From assembly GCA_003045865.1 (NCBI GenBank), contig PZPB01000004.1:6656-70655 (forward strand): a DNA stretch of 64,000 bases, read 5' to 3'. This DNA is from Bacteroidota bacterium. GTDB taxonomy: Bacteria; Bacteroidota; Bacteroidia; Flavobacteriales; Schleiferiaceae. Of this stretch, positions 47,354-55,988 are shown piece by piece (positions within the stretch are counted from its first letter, which is position 1; every line of letters starts with the position of its first letter). The translations under genes were made by a program, and so were the position numbers. The notes beneath the pieces were generated by a model. That model saw only the letters and a list, made by a program, of their open reading frames with translations, was not told the origin of the DNA and made no database searches.

Positions 47354-47599
47354 ATGTTCAAAGCTTTGCGAATTTTCAGTATTCTAGCCTTAATTTTTAT
47401 CACTAGCCTATCTGCGCAAGCGCAATGCGCCATGTGTAAAGCAGTAGCTTCATCTAGTACAGAGGCAGGCAGTACAGTGGCCACGGGTTTAAACGGAGGT
47501 ATCATTTACCTAATGGCCTTCCCTTATCTAATTATGGCGGTTGTGGGCTACGCAATATATCGTCACCGTAAGCAGCAAACTGAGACTAAAGCAGACTAA
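47354..47599 (+). CDS. Small membrane protein with a CAMC motif
   Basis: Signal peptide, AQCAMCKA, GLNGGIIYLMAFPY TM helix; last gene of the assembly cluster. Confidence 0.8.
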   Translation: MFKALRIFSILALIFITSLSAQAQCAMCKAVASSSTEAGSTVATGLNGGIIYLMAFPYLIMAVVGYAIYRHRKQQTETKAD

Positions 47600-47615
47600 A
47601 TCAAGCGATAAAGTA

Positions 47616-47623
47616 TATCTTTG
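47616..47623 (+). promoter_or_regulatory. -7 element of tolC-adaptor-tsaB
   Basis: TATCTTTG. Confidence 0.65.
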
Positions 47624-47655
47624 CGAGGCTACTTGTACTTGCTATCTTTATCCTT

Positions 47656-49095
47656 ATGAAAGTATTTCTGCCTTATCTGTTGCTTGTTTTTTTAACACTT
47701 GGTATTGAGGCATCCTCTCAAAATGTCATCACCGAGCAATGGACTCTACAAGAATGTATCAATCAGGCTGTAGAGCATAATATTACCATTCAGCAAGCCA
47801 AATTGAATGCAGACTTGGCGCATAATAACCTTGATGTTTCTCAGTGGAGCTATGCTCCTAATCTAAACTTTGGAAGCAACTACTTCTGGAATTTCGGTCT
47901 TAACATTGATCCTGTAACCAACCAAATTAGTCGCCAAACTCGCCAAACGGCTAACTTTAATTTAAGCACCAATTGGAGTGTTTATGAGGGGGGGCGCAAG
48001 TATAAGACGATCGCTCGCGATAATAATAGCCTACTAGCGGCTCGCCTCGATTATGAGGCGGCTAAAAATGACATCAGCCTGAATGTTGCTTCAATTTACT
48101 TACAAATCTTACTTAATAAGGAAATTGAGTTAGTTGCGCTCGAGCAGATGCGCATCAGCGATTTGCAGGTAAGGCGTTGCGAAAAAATGGTGGACGCGGG
48201 TTCATTAGCAAAAGGCGATTTATTGCAATTGAAGGCCCAGCTAGCGCGCGATCAACAAAACTTAATCGCTAGTCAAAATAACGTGAAGCTTAGTCGTTTG
48301 CAATTAGCAAACCTTTTATTGATAGAGGATCCTAGTGATTTCGATATTAGCTTTCCTGAAATTCCGCTGCCAGAAGCAACTTTAATTAGTGCATCTCCGG
48401 TAGGTATTTATAATACGGCCCGAGAGAATCAACCTAATATTAAGAGCGCGGAAATAAAAGAGAGAGTTAGTCAGCAGAATGTTTCTATCGCTCAAGCTTC
48501 TTATCTGCCAACACTTTCTTTAGTTGCTCAGGTGGGAACAAACTACTCCGATCAGATACCTAATATTACTGGCGCTACGGATGTTTTTATACCTATCGGT
48601 CAGGTGCAGTCTAGCGGTGAGTTGGTTACTAGTCTAAATGCTCAAAGTATACCAACCATTGATGGTATTCAGCCTTTTAATTCACAGGTAAGCGATAACC
48701 TAAATGAGGTGGTTGGTATCAACTTTTCGGTTCCCATCTTTAGTCGTATGACGGTGCGTAATTCGGTTCAGAATGCGAAGATCAATGCTGATATCGCTCG
48801 ACTAAATTTAGAGCAAACTAAGAATAACTTAAAGCAAACCATTTATCAAGCTCATGCTGATGCGAAGGCTTCTTTTGAACAATATAAAGCCGCAGAGACT
48901 TCGGTAAACGCTAGCCAAGAAGCTTTTAATTATGCCCAACAACGTTTTGAAGTGGGCGCCATAAATCAGTTAGATTTTGAAAGTGCGAAGAATAACCTCG
49001 CTTCTGCAAAAAGCCAATTTTCCCAAGCCAAGTACGATTATATATTTAAAATAAAAGTACTGGAGTTTTACCTTACCAATCAAGTAGCCTTATGA
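47656..49095 (+). CDS. TolC-family outer-membrane efflux protein
   Basis: WTLQECINQAVEHN, duplicated OEP repeats (P.L), RFEVG, KYDYIFK. Confidence 0.92.
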   Translation: MKVFLPYLLLVFLTLGIEASSQNVITEQWTLQECINQAVEHNITIQQAKLNADLAHNNLDVSQWSYAPNLNFGSNYFWNFGLNIDPVTNQISRQTRQTANFNLSTNWSVYEGGRKYKTIARDNNSLLAARLDYEAAKNDISLNVASIYLQILLNKEIELVALEQMRISDLQVRRCEKMVDAGSLAKGDLLQLKAQLARDQQNLIASQNNVKLSRLQLANLLLIEDPSDFDISFPEIPLPEATLISASPVGIYNTARENQPNIKSAEIKERVSQQNVSIAQASYLPTLSLVAQVGTNYSDQIPNITGATDVFIPIGQVQSSGELVTSLNAQSIPTIDGIQPFNSQVSDNLNEVVGINFSVPIFSRMTVRNSVQNAKINADIARLNLEQTKNNLKQTIYQAHADAKASFEQYKAAETSVNASQEAFNYAQQRFEVGAINQLDFESAKNNLASAKSQFSQAKYDYIFKIKVLEFYLTNQVAL

Positions 49096-50372
49096 GTAAA
49101 AGTTTGAAAATAATTCTCGCCCTAGTGGTTGTTTTAATAGTAGTTTTAGTAGTTGTTAAAAAGCAAGGCTGGGTGGGTAGCACCCCTGGTATAGAGGTAG
49201 AAATAGGGCAGGTTGAGAAGACATCTATCACAGAAACAGTTATAGCTAGTGGTAAAATTCAACCGGAGGTGGAAGTAAATATTAGTGCGGAAGTTTCGGG
49301 AGAGATTATCGAACTCCCCATTAAAGAAGGAATGGCCGTAAAAAAGGGTGACTTACTTGTTAAGATTAATCCCGATTTATTTTTAGCGGCTTTAAACCGT
49401 TCTGGGGCCAGCGTAAATACGGCCAAAGCTAGCTTGGCTAGTGCGAAGGCGCAAGCCATAGAAGCAGCCAATAACTATAAGCGTAACAAACAGCTGCACG
49501 ATCAAGCGGTAATTAGCGATGCCGAGTTTGATGCCGCAAAACGTCAGAATGAAGTGGCTAAACTAAGTGTTGAAAGCGCCCAATATCAGTTGATAAGTGC
49601 TCAGGCTACTTTGCAAGAGGCTAAAGACAATTTAGAGCGCACAACCATTTACGCTCCTATGGATGGAACTATTAGCATGTTAAATTCAGAAGTAGGGGAA
49701 CGAGTGGTAGGAACGGCTCAGATGACGGGAACAGAAATTTTACGCATCGCGAACCTGCAAATGATGGAGGTTTTAGTAGAAGTGAATGAAAATGATATCA
49801 TTCGCGTGGAAGTAGGCGACACTGCTCTTGTAGAAGTAGACGCCTATCTTGATAAAGAATTTAAAGGTATAGTAAGTGAAATTGCAAATTCAGCGCGCTT
49901 GCAAGGAACCACTATCGATCAGGTTACAAACTTTGAAGTGAAGGTTCGTATTTTACCTTCGTCCTATAAAGATTTACTTAAAGAAGGCGAAGAAACTCCT
50001 TTTCGTCCTGGCATGACCGCCAGCTTAGAGATTTTAACCGACCGACAAGCGGGTGTTTTATCAGTGCCTATTCAGGCTGTAACTACCCGCGCAGATACCG
50101 CGTCTAGCGAAAATGGTTATAGCACCAAAAAGCTTGAGGATAAAGATGAATTGTTTGAAATTGTTTTTGTGAGCAAGAACGGGAAAGCGGAATTACGCGT
50201 GGTGAATACGGGTATTCAGAATGATGAAAATATCGTTATTACCGAAGGTTTAACGGAAGGTGAGGAAATAGTGATTGGCCCCTACAGCGCTGTTTCTAAG
50301 CAGTTGTCGAATGGCAAACGGATCAAGCCTAAAGCAAAGGGAGAAGTTTCAGAAGACTCGGAAGAAGATTAA
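49092..50372 (+). CDS. Efflux periplasmic adaptor (MacA/HlyD-like)
   Basis: TM anchor, lipoyl halves VSGEI...VKKGDLL and IYAPMDG, coiled coil, RPGMTA. Confidence 0.92.
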   Translation: MSKSLKIILALVVVLIVVLVVVKKQGWVGSTPGIEVEIGQVEKTSITETVIASGKIQPEVEVNISAEVSGEIIELPIKEGMAVKKGDLLVKINPDLFLAALNRSGASVNTAKASLASAKAQAIEAANNYKRNKQLHDQAVISDAEFDAAKRQNEVAKLSVESAQYQLISAQATLQEAKDNLERTTIYAPMDGTISMLNSEVGERVVGTAQMTGTEILRIANLQMMEVLVEVNENDIIRVEVGDTALVEVDAYLDKEFKGIVSEIANSARLQGTTIDQVTNFEVKVRILPSSYKDLLKEGEETPFRPGMTASLEILTDRQAGVLSVPIQAVTTRADTASSENGYSTKKLEDKDELFEIVFVSKNGKAELRVVNTGIQNDENIVITEGLTEGEEIVIGPYSAVSKQLSNGKRIKPKAKGEVSEDSEED

Positions 50373-51056
50373 GTGGCCAATATTTTAGCAATAGAAAGCT
50401 CCACCAAAAATTGTTCGGTAGCCCTTTTTAAGGATGGTACTTGTTTGGTGCTGAAAGAGGAAATTGGAGAGCAGTTTATTCATTCCGAGAAGCTACACGT
50501 CTTTATGGACGAGGTTTTGAAAAGTCAAAACTTTGCGGCTAAGAATCTTGATGCCATTGCCGTAGGTGCAGGTCCGGGTTCTTATACTGGTTTGCGTATT
50601 GGCTTATCTTCCGCTAAGGGTTTAGCCTTTGCTTTAAAGCTTCCTTTAATAAGTGCAAACAGCTTAGAAATTCTAGCGCATCAGCTGCTAAAGCAGGAAA
50701 AGATACCAAAGGATGCCATACTTCATCCTATGATTGATGCACGACGTATGGAGGTGTACACTGCCTCCTATAATTGCGACTTACAGGAGTTATCAAAAGT
50801 TGAAGCCCAAATTATTAACGAAGATATTTACCAGGATGCTAAGCCTCGTTATTTTTTTGGAGATGGTGCTAGTAAATTTGAGCAGGTTTTTCAAAACGAA
50901 AATTATGTTTTTCCCCAATTGTACTATCCATCCGCTCTCGCTTTGGGGGAGATAGCAATGGATAAATACGCTCGAAAAGACTTTGAAGATCTCGCTTATT
51001 TTGAGCCTTTATATGTTAAAAACTTTCAAGCAGGTAAACCCAAGAAGCTGCTGTAA
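50373..51056 (+). CDS. tsaB: tRNA threonylcarbamoyladenosine biosynthesis protein TsaB
   Basis: ILAIESST, HSE, GPGSYTGLRIG, IDARRMEVY, EPLY. Confidence 0.95.
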   Translation: MANILAIESSTKNCSVALFKDGTCLVLKEEIGEQFIHSEKLHVFMDEVLKSQNFAAKNLDAIAVGAGPGSYTGLRIGLSSAKGLAFALKLPLISANSLEILAHQLLKQEKIPKDAILHPMIDARRMEVYTASYNCDLQELSKVEAQIINEDIYQDAKPRYFFGDGASKFEQVFQNENYVFPQLYYPSALALGEIAMDKYARKDFEDLAYFEPLYVKNFQAGKPKKLL

Positions 51057-51073
51057 AAAATAATTTAGAAGCT

Positions 51074-52511
51074 ATGGAAGGGTCCTATATTTTTAATATC
51101 TATTCACTGGCTTTAATTTTTAGTAGTATACCTGCTTTTGCGCTAGCGGTGTGGATTGGACTCCATAAAAGTAAAAGTCTTTTTCATTAGTATTCCCTTC
51201 TTCTTATCGCAGCCGCCACTTGGGCCGTGGCTTATGGCTTCGAGCTGCCTTCGCAAAGTTTGGAGCAAATGCTTTTCTGGATTAAAATAGAGTACATTGG
51301 AATCTGCGCTCTCCCAACCCTTTGGTTATTGTTCTGCTTTAATTTTATCGGTTGAGAATATTGGGTTAATCCCTTTAGCTTAGGGGTCTTTATCCTGTAT
51401 TCCGTTTCAACATAAATTGCCGTTTTTGCCAATAATTCTTATCATCTTTTTTACGCAAGTACGCAGTTAAATACATTGGCCGCGCCTTTTTAATTATTAT
51501 AAATTGAACTTGGCCCCGGTATAAGTTACATACACTGATATTTTATGCCATGGTTATTTGGGGCTATATCTCTTTGTTTTTTTATTTAGGAAGCTCGAAG
51601 TCGATTTTTAGAAAACAGAACATTATTATCATCATCATCACCCTTATTCCCCTTTTGGTAAATGTGGCTTATGTGTTTTTAGAAATACGACCTTATGGGC
51701 ATCTCGATTTAACACCCTTTGCATTCTTAGGCACCGCTTTTATAATCGCTATGGGTTGGTTACGAATCGGTCTGTTTGACTGTGTGCCCATTGCTCGTGC
51801 TAAGTTTATTCATCAAGTGGGAGCTGTCTTTGTTTTGATCGGTGATCAAGGAAGAATTAGCGATTATAATGAAAGTTTTGGGCGTTTAAGTAAGAAGTCT
51901 GAAGAGGATTTACTGGCGGTAAGCCTTGACGAAGTTTTCGAGCAAAACATAGTGACCCGTATCTCGGCCTCTAATAATGTGATTAAGTATCAAGATGATT
52001 TTTATGAATTAATTCGGGTAGACGTAAATCATGGAAAGAAAGTGGTTGGTTAGTCCATTTTGTTTAAAAATACGACCGAGCGGGTTATTAGCGACAGAAG
52101 GCTGAAGGAGCAAAGAGTGGAACTGCAAAAGTTAAATCGCCTAAAAGAACAACTCTTCTCTAATATTGCCCACGACCTTAGAGGGCCATTGCATAATTTG
52201 CAGGAAGTACTAACTCTTGTGAATGCAAATCTTCTTACCTAATCGGAAAAGGAATCGTTAATGGTTGATCTTTTGCCTAGTGTCGATCAAAGCGCAGGCT
52301 TAATGGAGAACCTGCTTTCATGGGCTTCTTCTCAGCAAAAAGGCGAGACAATTAATTGTGAAAGCTTCGATGTAAATGAGGTAAAACAAAAAGTGTTGGG
52401 TTCCTTAAAGGCTTTAACAGAAAAGAAACTTTTAAAGGTAAGGGTATTACATTTTCCTTTCGCCTTCCAAAAGAAGAGAGTTTGTTGGGAAAGGAAAGCT
52501 TGAAGGTATAA
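51074..52511 (+). pseudogene. Degraded sensor histidine kinase (HisKA_7TM-type N-terminus, PAS-like region, HisKA; HATPase mostly deleted)
   Basis: Reconstructed frame W...YGFEL...IEYIG...GP(W)Y...DLTPFAF...IAHDLRGP...LMENLLSW. In-frame stops at 51188, 51353, 51413, 51491, 51500, 52051 and 52240; frameshift near 51518; terminal GKGITFSFRLP is in a shifted frame from 52437. Confidence 0.88.
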
Positions 52512-52530
52512 TACCGGCTTGCACCTAAGT

Positions 52531-53526
52531 TTATAAATACCAATAATCTTTGCCTTCTATTTTGTTCTGGCCCATTAAAAAGTCTTCGATATTGCGCCTT
52601 TGGGCGGGATTAGGATAAATGCCAATCAGCAACTTGGCACCATTACTTAAATTGGTAAAACGAAAGTCTTCACGTGGAATGCTATCCTTTTCTTCCGAAT
52701 GCTGACTTTCTAAGTCCATCCACGAAAAATTTAGGCCCGATTCAATTAATAAGGAAGCACAGAGTTTCGCTTTTTTACCATTTCCCCAGAGGTAGAGCTT
52801 GCTAAATTTTTCAATCTCGAGGAAGCGCTTAAGTTTGAGGCTGAAAAATGCTTTTTGCTGATAATCTTCCGAAAGGTGCGAGATGCGTAAGGGATGTTCT
52901 CGCCAATAAAGACTAATCTCGCCTATACATTCTACATCGAAGCCGTGCTTGTGCCACTTAAAAACCAAGTCGTAATTTTCCGGGTATTCTAAATTTTTGA
53001 AAGCGCCAATTTCTTGCATATCTGCCTTGGAGCACAGCCAATTAGGGGAAGCAATAACGCAGTTGCGGTAAACATTAGACCAGGTGGCTCCACAAATATT
53101 TATTTCATTAAGCCAGGCTTCATGTTTACGTAATTGTCGTGAAACACTTTTGTCGGAAAAGTAGCTGACCATACCGGTAATCACTGTTTTGGGCGCACGC
53201 GATTTAATTCGACCTACCATCATTTCAAGTCGCTCATTTGGATAAATGTCATCGGCGTCGCAGCGACTAATATATTGGCCCTCACAATGCTCAAAAGCTA
53301 AATTAAGCGCCGGGATTATTCCTTTTTCTAAATTCTGAATGATCTTAATGCGCGCATCTCCAGCGGCAAATTTTTGCAGTATGTTTAGGGAGTCATCCTC
53401 CGAAAAGTCATCTATGGCAATGAGTTCCCAGTTGCTATACGTTTGTTCCTGTATAGACATTAAGGCCTCCGCAATAAAGCGGCCTGCATTAAAAAAAGGC
53501 ATGATCAAACTTAATTCTACTGGCAC
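52531..53526 (-). CDS. GT2 glycosyltransferase (soluble), possibly impaired
   Basis: SLIMPFFN, IDDFSED, GIIPALN, DADD; PENYD where PEDYD would be expected. Confidence 0.85.
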   Translation of the reverse strand: MPVELSLIMPFFNAGRFIAEALMSIQEQTYSNWELIAIDDFSEDDSLNILQKFAAGDARIKIIQNLEKGIIPALNLAFEHCEGQYISRCDADDIYPNERLEMMVGRIKSRAPKTVITGMVSYFSDKSVSRQLRKHEAWLNEINICGATWSNVYRNCVIASPNWLCSKADMQEIGAFKNLEYPENYDLVFKWHKHGFDVECIGEISLYWREHPLRISHLSEDYQQKAFFSLKLKRFLEIEKFSKLYLWGNGKKAKLCASLLIESGLNFSWMDLESQHSEEKDSIPREDFRFTNLSNGAKLLIGIYPNPAQRRNIEDFLMGQNKIEGKDYWYL

Positions 53527-53564
53527 GGCACTATCTTAGTTTGCAAATTGAAGCTTTTAATTTC

Positions 53565-53847
53565 ATGAACAGGTTAACCGCACTTATTAGTCTTTGTTTA
53601 CCATTTTTATTGGGGAGTTGTAGCACCAATCGCTCGCTCGTTAAACTAATACAAATGCATAAAAGTGCTGGCCCAACGGAGTCTAATTTTGATATCCTAT
53701 TATCCTGCCACAGCGGATACTTATTGCGAAGTGACTCAACTCTTTAAAAAGGAAGAGTCATTAAATCTACTAATCCGCCGAAAGGGCGAAATATTAATTC
53801 GCAGGCAAGACTTATTTCCCAGTATGAATTTGACCAAGCGCCTCTGA
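53565..53847 (+). pseudogene. Possible frameshifted small lipoprotein remnant
   Basis: MNRLTALISLCLPFLLGSC lipobox ORF stops at 53747; an overlapping frame 53665..53847 continues. Confidence 0.3.
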
Positions 53848-55929
53848 TACGTCGCTAAGCGGAAGTTTACAGGCTCCATCTGTGCAAACGTAAATGAGGG
53901 TTTTATCGGCCACAAAGCGCTGAGCAAAAAGGGGAGCATCATTTTCTTTATCGGCCCAAAGAACTAAACTTTGCGGCTGAAAATCACCGTTAATTGCTTG
54001 ATATTTCTCTTTTGCTTTAGGCCCAGAAACCACTATTTCATAATAAGGATAGCTCTGGAAAACTAAGAGCTTGGCCCAGTTGGCATAGCTTTCACCGTAG
54101 TCCATGGCACGACCTTTCAAATGATTAAGCATTACCTGAGCTTGTTCGCTATAAGCCGAGTTCTGCTTAATCTTCCCGAGCATAAAAAAGTTATGTGCCA
54201 TGGTGGAATTCGCCGAGGCAATAACATTATCAGCCGTCTCTAAACTGCGTGCAATCAGCTGTTCACCACTTTTAGGACGGGTATAAAAAAGCCCACTTTT
54301 CCTATCTTCAAATTCGCTTTGGGCATAGTTTAGCCATTTTTCCGCTTGCGCTAGATAGGCATCCTCCTGCGTTTCCTGATAAAGAAAAATAAAGGCTCGG
54401 CAAGCAAAGGCATAGTCTTCAATTAAACCTTCAACATGACTATTGCCGCTGTGCCAAGCGTGCCATAAACGCTGCTCATCTTGGCTTTGTTCTTTTAAAA
54501 TCCACTGGCCTAATTCTTTCGCTTTCGCTAGATGCTCATCCTTATTAAAAGCGCGGTAAGATTCAATATAGGCTTCCATCATTAAAGCATTCCAGGAAGT
54601 TAAGGCCTTGTCGTCTAAGCCCGGTCTAACTCTTTCGGCACGAGCACTTAAAAGGATTTCCTGCCAATGGGCCTTTTTCGTTTCAAACTCTTTTTCCTCT
54701 ATCTTATGCTTTTCGCAGAAGCGCGCGTCACTCTCTTTTCGCAATAAAATATAATTTCCATTTTCCCAATAGGCTTCCTTTTCCAGTTGGTAATAGTCAA
54801 AGAAAAGTAACCAATCCGAAGGAGGGATTAATTCTTCTAGTTGGCCTAGTTGCCAAACGTAAAACTTTCCTTCTTCGCCCTCGCTGTCCGCATCTAAAGC
54901 CGAATAGCAGGGACCATTCTCGGCTTTTAATTCTCTTTCTAGCCAGGCGATGGATTGTTCCACCACCTCTCGGTAGGCCGGTTTTTTAAAATGACGGTAA
55001 GCCTTCGCGTAAAGCGAAATGAGCTGGGCATTATCGTACAACATCTTTTCGAAGTGAGGCACTTTCCAAAAGCTATCGGTGCTATAGCGGGCAAATCCGC
55101 CCCCTATCTGATCATAAATTCCTCCTTGATACATCTTGTCAAGTGTAAGCTCTACATAGCTTAAGGCTTCTGTATTCCCGCTAATTACACCATAGTGTAG
55201 CATAAAGTCGAGGTTAACGGGCATGGGGAATTTGGGGGCGCGATTGGCACCACCTTCTTCCCAATCGAGAGTGTTGATCCAATTTTCGAAAACACTGTCG
55301 GCTTCGCTTTCGGTAAAGGGACTTAGTTTGGTGTTGAGGGCAAGGAGCTGACTTTGCTCGATGCCTTGGGTTAGTTTATTGGCGTACTCTAAAACCTGCT
55401 CACGATTTGTGTGATACATTTTATTGAGCTCCCCTAAAACTTGAATCCATTTGTTTTTAGGTACATAGGTTCCCCCCCAAATAGGTTTGCCATTGGGTAG
55501 GCAAACGACATTAAGGGGCCAGCCGCCGCTATTGGTCATTAACTGCAGGGCGGTCATATAAATTTCATCAATGTCGGGACGTTCTTCTCGATCCACTTTT
55601 ATCGATACAAAGTGCTCGTTCATTACCGCGGCAGCCTCCTCATCTTCAAAACTTTCGTGCTCCATTACGTGGCACCAATGGCAGCTGCTATAGCCGATAC
55701 TCACAATCAACAATTTATCAAGCACTTGAGCCTCGCTTAAAACCTCTTCACTCCAGGCTTGCCAATGCACCGGGTTGTTGGCATGTTGTTGTAAATAAGG
55801 ACTTAAGGAATATTTGAGATTATTCTTGTGGATCGACATTTTGCTTTTATTTTCGCATCTGCTGAAAAGCAGCACTACCAAAGCGATTATTATTAGAAAT
55901 AATCGCCTAGGCTTCACGATGCTTAACAT
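53812..55929 (-). CDS. YyaL/SSP411-like thioredoxin-domain protein (DUF255 + alpha/alpha toroid)
   Basis: SPYLQQHANNPVHW, GYSSCHWCHVMEHESF, VDREERPD, GGWP, PHFEKMLYDNA. Start uncertain (55929, 55953 or 55959). Confidence 0.92.
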   Translation of the reverse strand: MLSIVKPRRLFLIIIALVVLLFSRCENKSKMSIHKNNLKYSLSPYLQQHANNPVHWQAWSEEVLSEAQVLDKLLIVSIGYSSCHWCHVMEHESFEDEEAAAVMNEHFVSIKVDREERPDIDEIYMTALQLMTNSGGWPLNVVCLPNGKPIWGGTYVPKNKWIQVLGELNKMYHTNREQVLEYANKLTQGIEQSQLLALNTKLSPFTESEADSVFENWINTLDWEEGGANRAPKFPMPVNLDFMLHYGVISGNTEALSYVELTLDKMYQGGIYDQIGGGFARYSTDSFWKVPHFEKMLYDNAQLISLYAKAYRHFKKPAYREVVEQSIAWLERELKAENGPCYSALDADSEGEEGKFYVWQLGQLEELIPPSDWLLFFDYYQLEKEAYWENGNYILLRKESDARFCEKHKIEEKEFETKKAHWQEILLSARAERVRPGLDDKALTSWNALMMEAYIESYRAFNKDEHLAKAKELGQWILKEQSQDEQRLWHAWHSGNSHVEGLIEDYAFACRAFIFLYQETQEDAYLAQAEKWLNYAQSEFEDRKSGLFYTRPKSGEQLIARSLETADNVIASANSTMAHNFFMLGKIKQNSAYSEQAQVMLNHLKGRAMDYGESYANWAKLLVFQSYPYYEIVVSGPKAKEKYQAINGDFQPQSLVLWADKENDAPLFAQRFVADKTLIYVCTDGACKLPLSDVSEALGQIHTGK

Positions 55930-55961
55930 GGAGATAACATTAGAATTTAACATTTGCATTG

Positions 55962-55969
55962 CAAAGGTA
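55962..55969 (-). promoter_or_regulatory. -7 element of the YyaL-like gene
   Basis: TACCTTTG on the minus strand. Confidence 0.55.
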
Positions 55970-55988
55970 AACAAAGGTCAACCCGCAC

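Noticed and set aside
51074-52511. Programmed recoding or selenocysteine in the kinase gene
   Set aside because: All three stop types occur together with a frameshift and a deletion, which indicates ordinary decay
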